IMG/VR virus record: IMGVR_UViG_3300049023_000185
Coordinates: 1-55,407 of that record
Direction: 5' to 3' (one strand)
Source: a virus
Lineage: Duplodnaviria > Caudoviricetes
DNA length: 55,407 nt
A program made the translations under genes and the position numbers. This document shows, piece after piece, positions 49,694 to 55,407 of the stretch; the stretch's first letter is position 1; every line of letters begins with the position of its first letter. The notes under the pieces were generated by a model that searched no databases, was not told the DNA's origin, and was given only the letters and a program-made list of their open reading frames with translations.

Positions 49694-50133
49694 ATGCGTT
49701 GTCGTTTAGGTAATGCTTTAATGTGAATGGTAATTTCAATGCGATAATCTTCGCCGAAACATTTCTCAGAAACCATTCTTGTGATGTTGCGGTCATCAAT
49801 TTGTAGATTATTTTCGTGTTTATCAATGAATAGGGCGTCGACAATCAGCTTTTCAACATTACTTAAATCCAGAGATTGGGCATTTATCAAACCTTGAAGG
49901 TTAAATAGCCTAGGCGTGTAGAACTTTAAGTAAACGTGGAAGCAATGTTTTTTCTCTTCAAATGTTTTTTTCAAGTCGTTGACGGCATCAACATTGGGCT
50001 GCATCGCCAATTGATGAGCAATCTGCTTAAACCAGTTTCTAACATCGGTTTTATATCCGAGTTTGCGGTCACCGTACCAAGCAGCATTTAAACTCACTGC
50101 TTTCAAACCTTCTAAAACTAGTTTTCGCTTCAT
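49690..50133 (-). CDS. rusA: RusA-like Holliday junction resolvase
   Basis: DLSNVEKLIVDALF...IDDRNI. Confidence 0.8.
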   Translation of the reverse strand: MKRKLVLEGLKAVSLNAAWYGDRKLGYKTDVRNWFKQIAHQLAMQPNVDAVNDLKKTFEEKKHCFHVYLKFYTPRLFNLQGLINAQSLDLSNVEKLIVDALFIDKHENNLQIDDRNITRMVSEKCFGEDYRIEITIHIKALPKRQRI

Positions 50134-50156
50134 GATTTGTGGCATTGTTATACAGC

Positions 50157-50659
50157 CTAAGCATCTTGAATAATTGCAATTAGTTGAAACGTGACTGAGT
50201 CAACGCCAACAAGCATTGGAGCACCAACGTCCATTTGCAATTTCGCCAAGTCAGCAAAGTTATGTATTAAAGTTTCTTTGTAATGTTGTTTTTGCAGGAT
50301 GTGAGCACCAAAGCTTAAAAACCGCGATAACTTCATCATATCAAGTTTTGCACGTTCAATGCTTTTATCATAAAATTTTTGCCAATCAGCTAAATACCTT
50401 TCAACATCTTCTGGGTCTACTGGGCGGCCTGAAGCTCTATAAATTTTTATACAGTCACTTTTAATTTCGCTCATTATTATTCCTTGCTTAAAAATGTTAG
50501 TAACTTTGGAGGACTGTCTGGAATTGCTATAATTTTGTCTTCGCGCAGAAACTCGTACCATTCAGTATCGGTGATGTGATAATTCAGTTTTACTAGATGT
50601 TCTTGAAACGGATTTTCCCAATCAATAACCGCGTCTTGCGCTACAATATTAGAATTCAA
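50157..50659 (-). other. Two small hypothetical ORFs (50157-50474, 50477-50659)
   Basis: Coupled minus-strand ORFs. Confidence 0.6.
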
Positions 50660-51032
50660 TGGTTGCTCCCAGGTATATATTGCCTTTTAAATCACCGAAA
50701 GCCGACGCGGAGAATGGGCCCAGTATTCGGCGACTAACACTCAACGCATAAGTCGGGTCATTTACTCGGTAATAGGCGCCAACAACCCAGTCTTTAGGCG
50801 GCTGGAAAACTGGTATTTTAACGGTTGAACTTTCTTTGCTTTTATCAACGATAATAGTTTGAATTTCTTTTGAACCGTCAGGTCTAATAATTTCTTTGAT
50901 TATGGTTTGCACGTCTTTGCGCACAACTTCTTTCTCAATGATTTGTGCAGGCTTTTTACTACCATACCAATAAGCCGTGTAATGGGTGCCTATCGCCATT
51001 AACAATGCTATAAACGCTACCTTAAAATTCAT
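50649..51032 (-). CDS. Membrane-anchored protein, possible spanin
   Basis: N-terminal transmembrane segment, IIEKEVV repeats, beta C-terminus ending in F; downstream of a late-promoter copy. Confidence 0.5.
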   Translation of the reverse strand: MNFKVAFIALLMAIGTHYTAYWYGSKKPAQIIEKEVVRKDVQTIIKEIIRPDGSKEIQTIIVDKSKESSTVKIPVFQPPKDWVVGAYYRVNDPTYALSVSRRILGPFSASAFGDLKGNIYLGATIEF

Positions 51033-51211
51033 TTTTTACCGTCCTTTAAGTTTTTAAGCTTTTGGGCTCTGCGCTTTTTTAGCCATTCAATCCTATGAAC
51101 ATTTCTAAAAGGAATGACGTTGTTGACTGGCGGTTTACGCGGTTTAAAAACATTGAGAATCACAAGACCAAAAATTAACATTAGAAATAAAAAAGATATA
51201 AATTCGCTCAT
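51029..51211 (-). CDS. Small membrane protein
   Basis: Single transmembrane segment and basic tail. Confidence 0.65.
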   Translation of the reverse strand: MSEFISFLFLMLIFGLVILNVFKPRKPPVNNVIPFRNVHRIEWLKKRRAQKLKNLKDGKK

Positions 51212-51232
51212 AACTACGTGATGTAATTATAG

Positions 51233-53551
51233 TTACTTTACTTCGCTGTAACGAGTTCCTACTATTGGTTCGGCAACGAGAGGAACTGACAATTTTGTAG
51301 TGTTTTCCATGCAATCTCTCATAATGATTTTAACTGCCTCAACTTCATCATCTGGGCACAAAATGCAAAGTTCGTCATGAATACTAAGGCAAATATATGC
51401 TTTCATCCCGCGCTCTTTAAACTGCTTGGCCATTGCAATACTAGCAGCGTTTACTATGCTTGCCGCGTAGCTTTGGATGGGAAAGTTGAGGGCGTTATTA
51501 TTAAGATTATTGAACACACGAGCGTCTTTTTTGGCCATTATGTATTGTGCGCCGTCTTCGTTGTACTCTTTCCATAATTCTAGTCCATTGGATAAGCACT
51601 CACCCCACTGGGCAATCAGCTTAGGTATTTCCGGCAATCTGCGCAGCCTGCCGCCTTTACTCCGAACATAGCCTTGTACCCGAGCCATGGTCTGCAATTC
51701 ATCCATACGCTGCTTTAGCGCCGGAAACTGACGAAAGTACGACTTAACAATATGTTCAGCTTCTTTTTGGGAAATGTTTAAGTCTTTATGAAGTTTGTAG
51801 TCGCCAAGACCGTATCTAATACCAAGAGCGAAGGCTTTGGCCGCTTGCCTTACTTCTGGTTTATGTTTTTTAAGGAAGTTTGGGGCTTTTTTATCACTGC
51901 TAAAATCATTGAGAGAATAAACCTCAATAGCAACGCGACTATAAAAGTCTTCTTTATTCTTAATAATATTTTTCAATTTCTCATCACCGGCGTCGTCGGC
52001 AAATACTACAACTTCTAAAGATTCATAGTCCGCGTCTACAAGCTTATAACCGTCACCTGAAATAAAGAAACTTCGGATTCTGTTGGTAAATTCTCTCACC
52101 ACTGCATCTGGTATTTCTTCTTCGCTTTTAACCCTAGGCAGTTGCTGAGCGTCTCCTGAGTATCTGCCGCTAGTAGTGCGATGTTGATGAAACTGCGGAT
52201 ACCAGACGCCGTCTTCCTGCTCTTCTAATATGCGGTCAACATAAGTGCTTTTTATTTTTGTTAGCGAGTTATATCGTTGTAAGAGCGGCACCCACTCATA
52301 TTTATGTTTTATGTGTTCTAGAAAATCATCATCAACTTGCGGTTGCCCAGTAGGTGTGGTTGTAAGGGGCTTTTCCTTAAGTAATGATTCGGTTGTAGAC
52401 GTACCAAATAGTAATCGCTTAAGGTTATCCTTGCTTAGAATGTTAAAGTTAAAACGTTTCCCATCTTCGGCCATTAAAGCCATCTGAACTCGCACTATAT
52501 AGTCTTTAGAACATCGAATCTTGCCATTAATGATGTCTTCGAATTCAGAGTCTTCTAGAAGGGGTCGCTTAACTCCTTTTTTGATTTCTGTTTTGCTTAA
52601 TGTTTTTGCGCGAGTTATATCAGCTTTATTAAAGCTAAAAGCTCCTGAAGAGTTTTTCGGCCATACTGCGGGAGCAATAAACTCGCCTAGTTTCTGTTTA
52701 AAACGAGCGTTAAGTTCAAACTTATAGTTTTTCTCAATATACCATTTGTTAAAAGGTCCCAAGTACGGAGCGATTTGTTCTTGAATGTTTTCTTCAAGCA
52801 TAATCATATATTCTGACATCTCGGCTTGAGTTTTTTGTAGATAGGGCACATCAACTTTAACGCCATTAAACTGCATCCAAAATGTTACGTGTTTACAAAG
52901 TGCGACTACTTCATTAAAATAGAACTCCTCTAAACCATCTGTCTGCAGTTTTGAGTACCAGTAGTTAAAATTTTTGCAGGTCAAAATGTTATCTTGAAGG
53001 CCATATTTGGCCACAATCTCTGAGTTTCCTTTAAAAAATTCCTTAGGGGAGCCGCCGTTAGACTTGATTGAGTCTTTCAAATCATTTTGTTCAGTAAGGG
53101 CTTCATTACCAAATACGCTGGCTGAAACCGACTTCAATCCATATTCAAAGCGGTTTTCATCGCAAGTATGAACCAGTAACATTACTTCGGCGTGTAACGC
53201 TTCAATTAAGTTTACTCGTGCCTGAGCTAACGTAAAAGCAGCGTCAAACACGAAGTTCCAGCCTATAAGTTTCTTCGTGGCTAAAACATCTAGAACCGGC
53301 TTTACATCTTCTTCAGTAAGAATTGTTACTAACTCGCCATTTACCCATTCACGCATTACAATGTAAAAGCCAGTGTAGTTTGTGGGTTCAGCGCAGCCGA
53401 AGCCGATTAACTTGTCTTTGCGCCAATTGAGCCCCGTGGTTTCAACGTCGTATGACCAGGTCTCGTGATTTTCAAGAAGTTCAACTGCCGATAATAAATC
53501 ATTTTTTGTTCTTATTATCACGTTTAGCCTTTCTAGCTTTTGCTTGCTCAT
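51233..53551 (-). CDS. polA: Family A DNA polymerase with 3'-5' exonuclease
   Basis: YDVETTG; TTSGRYS; ADYESLE; RQAAKAFALGIRYG; NFPIQS; IHDEL. Confidence 0.96.
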   Translation of the reverse strand: MSKQKLERLNVIIRTKNDLLSAVELLENHETWSYDVETTGLNWRKDKLIGFGCAEPTNYTGFYIVMREWVNGELVTILTEEDVKPVLDVLATKKLIGWNFVFDAAFTLAQARVNLIEALHAEVMLLVHTCDENRFEYGLKSVSASVFGNEALTEQNDLKDSIKSNGGSPKEFFKGNSEIVAKYGLQDNILTCKNFNYWYSKLQTDGLEEFYFNEVVALCKHVTFWMQFNGVKVDVPYLQKTQAEMSEYMIMLEENIQEQIAPYLGPFNKWYIEKNYKFELNARFKQKLGEFIAPAVWPKNSSGAFSFNKADITRAKTLSKTEIKKGVKRPLLEDSEFEDIINGKIRCSKDYIVRVQMALMAEDGKRFNFNILSKDNLKRLLFGTSTTESLLKEKPLTTTPTGQPQVDDDFLEHIKHKYEWVPLLQRYNSLTKIKSTYVDRILEEQEDGVWYPQFHQHRTTSGRYSGDAQQLPRVKSEEEIPDAVVREFTNRIRSFFISGDGYKLVDADYESLEVVVFADDAGDEKLKNIIKNKEDFYSRVAIEVYSLNDFSSDKKAPNFLKKHKPEVRQAAKAFALGIRYGLGDYKLHKDLNISQKEAEHIVKSYFRQFPALKQRMDELQTMARVQGYVRSKGGRLRRLPEIPKLIAQWGECLSNGLELWKEYNEDGAQYIMAKKDARVFNNLNNNALNFPIQSYAASIVNAASIAMAKQFKERGMKAYICLSIHDELCILCPDDEVEAVKIIMRDCMENTTKLSVPLVAEPIVGTRYSEVK

Positions 53552-53999
53552 GAAGCCGTTCTAGCTTCTGCATTCCTAAATCTAAATCTTCTAAATCAGT
53601 AATTTTGACTTTGTAGTATTGAGTGGTCCAGCTAACATTTTCTTTGTTAGCGAGTTTAATTTTACCTTGTTTTGCAAGTTTTTTAACCCGCGCTATTAGC
53701 TGAACAGTATCAAACACAAATATTTTGCGGTTTTGAACGAACATGTAAACGAAGTAGCGGCAACCATTTTTTAGAGCGCTAAACGGGCCACCATCTTTTT
53801 TTTCTTTGCTGTAACGTTCAATAATAATGTTGCCGTATTTGTTCATGTCGTAGCTATCAGCTTTTTTTTCGATAAGAATGTTGGTGCCTTTAATGCGAAG
53901 GTCAGATTTGCGGCCGTCCATGTACTCAAGGAACGGGTGGGCTTCTAGTAATAAGCGCTCTGAATCTTCACCAAATTTTAGGTCAGCGTAAAAGGACAT
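53499..53999 (-). CDS. PD-(D/E)xK nuclease-like protein
   Basis: SDL...IEKKAD...GNIIIE. Confidence 0.65.
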   Translation of the reverse strand: MSFYADLKFGEDSERLLLEAHPFLEYMDGRKSDLRIKGTNILIEKKADSYDMNKYGNIIIERYSKEKKDGGPFSALKNGCRYFVYMFVQNRKIFVFDTVQLIARVKKLAKQGKIKLANKENVSWTTQYYKVKITDLEDLDLGMQKLERLHEQAKARKAKRDNKNKK

Positions 54000-54286
54000 T
54001 ACTCACCAGCCTTAAGCGCAGCAAAAATGTCTTCATATTTTTTTACTTTAGCTTCTAGCTGCTCGATATATTCTTTATCTTTTAACACCAGTTTTACAGC
54101 GTGGCGGATTTCAATTTTGCCATAATCTGCTGATTGAACTAGTTGCAGATTTGTTGTCTGAACCTCTATTAGTCCTCTCGATATGAAATCGTTAAGCTGT
54201 TCTAAAATTGATGCTTCAGTAGCCTTTGCAGTTTGCTCCATTAGCATTGATGCGGCCTCGTTATATCCGAATGAATTAAAACTCAT
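53999..54286 (-). CDS. Hypothetical protein
   Basis: GGGAG RBS; coupled ORF. Confidence 0.7.
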   Translation of the reverse strand: MSFNSFGYNEAASMLMEQTAKATEASILEQLNDFISRGLIEVQTTNLQLVQSADYGKIEIRHAVKLVLKDKEYIEQLEAKVKKYEDIFAALKAGE

Positions 54287-54318
54287 AGCGTCTCCCGACG
54301 TTGTTGTTTAATGTTTTT

Positions 54319-54738
54319 TTATGGTAAAAAAGTACGTGAAGGTCTGTCTTTGCGTTTAACTTTATCTAAGTGTACCCAGTTGGTGTGTTTGCCAATTGTA
54401 CTGCTTAAGTTTTCCATGAACAGGTTGTGCTTGCGAAGCAGGTCTGGTCTTGCAATGATTTTTTTCCCCAATGATTGGTTTTTATCATCTTCATAATCTC
54501 CAGCAATGCATAGAGTATGTCCTGATAGTGTAGCTGCGTTCGCTATTTTCGCGTTTACGGATTTAGGCCTAAAACCGCTGCTAAAGGGAGGAGGTTGCAC
54601 GCCTAAATCATTGAAAAACGCGTTCGCGGTGTCCACGTAGTCTTGGGCAGCTGCTAGCAGTTCTGGAGTTAGTTCCGGTGATTTAGCGCGTTCAGGATAC
54701 CTGCCTGATGACGTTAGATAATCATTTAAAGAAATCAT
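54319..54738 (-). CDS. Peptidase M15 endolysin
   Basis: SSGFR...SGHTLCIAGD...WVHLD. Confidence 0.88.
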   Translation of the reverse strand: MISLNDYLTSSGRYPERAKSPELTPELLAAAQDYVDTANAFFNDLGVQPPPFSSGFRPKSVNAKIANAATLSGHTLCIAGDYEDDKNQSLGKKIIARPDLLRKHNLFMENLSSTIGKHTNWVHLDKVKRKDRPSRTFLP

Positions 54739-54935
54739 TCTGCACCGTCCATGATATCATCAATTTTATAAATCCCATATGCGAACCAAGCAGCCACAAT
54801 CAGCTGAAAAACTGAAAGAAAATAATGTTTATGTGAAATTAAAATTGTAAATGATAATAAACAGCCTATAATTACTATGGACATTAGTGACAAAACAATG
54901 TTTCTTGCATTTATCATTTTGAAACTCGTTTCCAT
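54735..54935 (-). CDS. Small two-TM membrane protein
   Basis: Two hydrophobic segments; coupled to the endolysin. Confidence 0.65.
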   Translation of the reverse strand: METSFKMINARNIVLSLMSIVIIGCLLSFTILISHKHYFLSVFQLIVAAWFAYGIYKIDDIMDGAE

Positions 54936-55174
54936 TTCGCGGGTCTCCAGTTTGATTTTCTAATGCTTTTTTCAGTTGGGTTTTCACAGACTTGCCAGTT
55001 AGAAATTTTATCAGCGGCAATAGTGATAGACACTGGCACCCCAAGTTCAAATGTTTCGACAAACCCCATGTTCACGTATTTGCCTGTCACTTGATAGCCG
55101 GTGCGTGTACGCCTAATAGGCGCTGACAATTTAATTGCTATGTCCATGAACCTTTCATGCTTAATATAAATCAT
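54914..55174 (-). CDS. Hypothetical protein
   Basis: Coupled ORF. Confidence 0.65.
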   Translation of the reverse strand: MIYIKHERFMDIAIKLSAPIRRTRTGYQVTGKYVNMGFVETFELGVPVSITIAADKISNWQVCENPTEKSIRKSNWRPAKWKRVSK

Positions 55175-55245
55175 TACTTAACTCCTTTGCGGCCTCGAAC
55201 GCCTTCCGTGGCTCGTCCATACCCAGTCGCGTGAATTCCATATTT

Positions 55246-55407
55246 TTGATAGTGTTCAAGTTTTATCAGGCCAAAATCATAAGCAGAAGTATTCCAGTCG
55301 TCGTAAAGTTGATGTTTTGTCTGAACAATATTTAACGTGTAAGTTTTTGGTCTTTTGCGAAGCCAGCCTAATTTGAAATAATCAAAGCCGCCATCAACAC
55401 TCACATT
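55246..55407 (+). repeat. Terminal direct repeat, right copy
   Basis: Matches 1..162. Confidence 0.97.

Larger units (their letters stand above)
1..55407. mobile_element. Complete temperate podovirus genome (circularly permuted assembly)
   Basis: 162-bp end overlap; replication, lysogeny, packaging, head, short-tail and lysis modules all present; no tape measure or sheath gene; no host genes. Confidence 0.93.

Overview
The window looks like a complete, circularly permuted ~55.2 kb temperate podovirus genome; its ends overlap by 162 bp. The minus strand (about 49.7 kb, through the junction, to 22.5 kb) carries early and replication genes: family A DNA polymerase, a split primase and helicase, RecE-like exonuclease, probable SSB, DUF5664 dNTPase, RusA, M15 endolysin, SLT, a cold-shock protein, many small ORFs and an atypical tRNA. 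A control region (22.5-26.4 kb) holds an XRE repressor, a long non-coding stretch, a lipoprotein, an attP-like tRNA-Gly(GCC) 3' half and a tyrosine integrase. The plus strand (26.5-49.7 kb) is the virion module: terminase, portal, scaffold, major capsid protein (MCP), T7/P22-style tail adaptor and nozzle, ejection proteins, fibres and holin, interrupted by a HigBA toxin-antitoxin moron. Most notable observations: (1) a small early gene whose C-terminal 44 aa match the phage's own MCP N-terminus gaplessly at 50% identity, a candidate capsid mimic or decoy; (2) an 11-copy TATAA-N6-CAC late-promoter motif with no -35 box, one copy pointing into non-coding DNA; (3) an 87-nt multi-stem RNA; (4) a tRNA with a 5-nt anticodon loop; (5) a ClpP-like protease with a signal peptide; (6) apparent total GATC avoidance. 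All annotations come from reading motifs by eye. No database search was run and the host is not determined.
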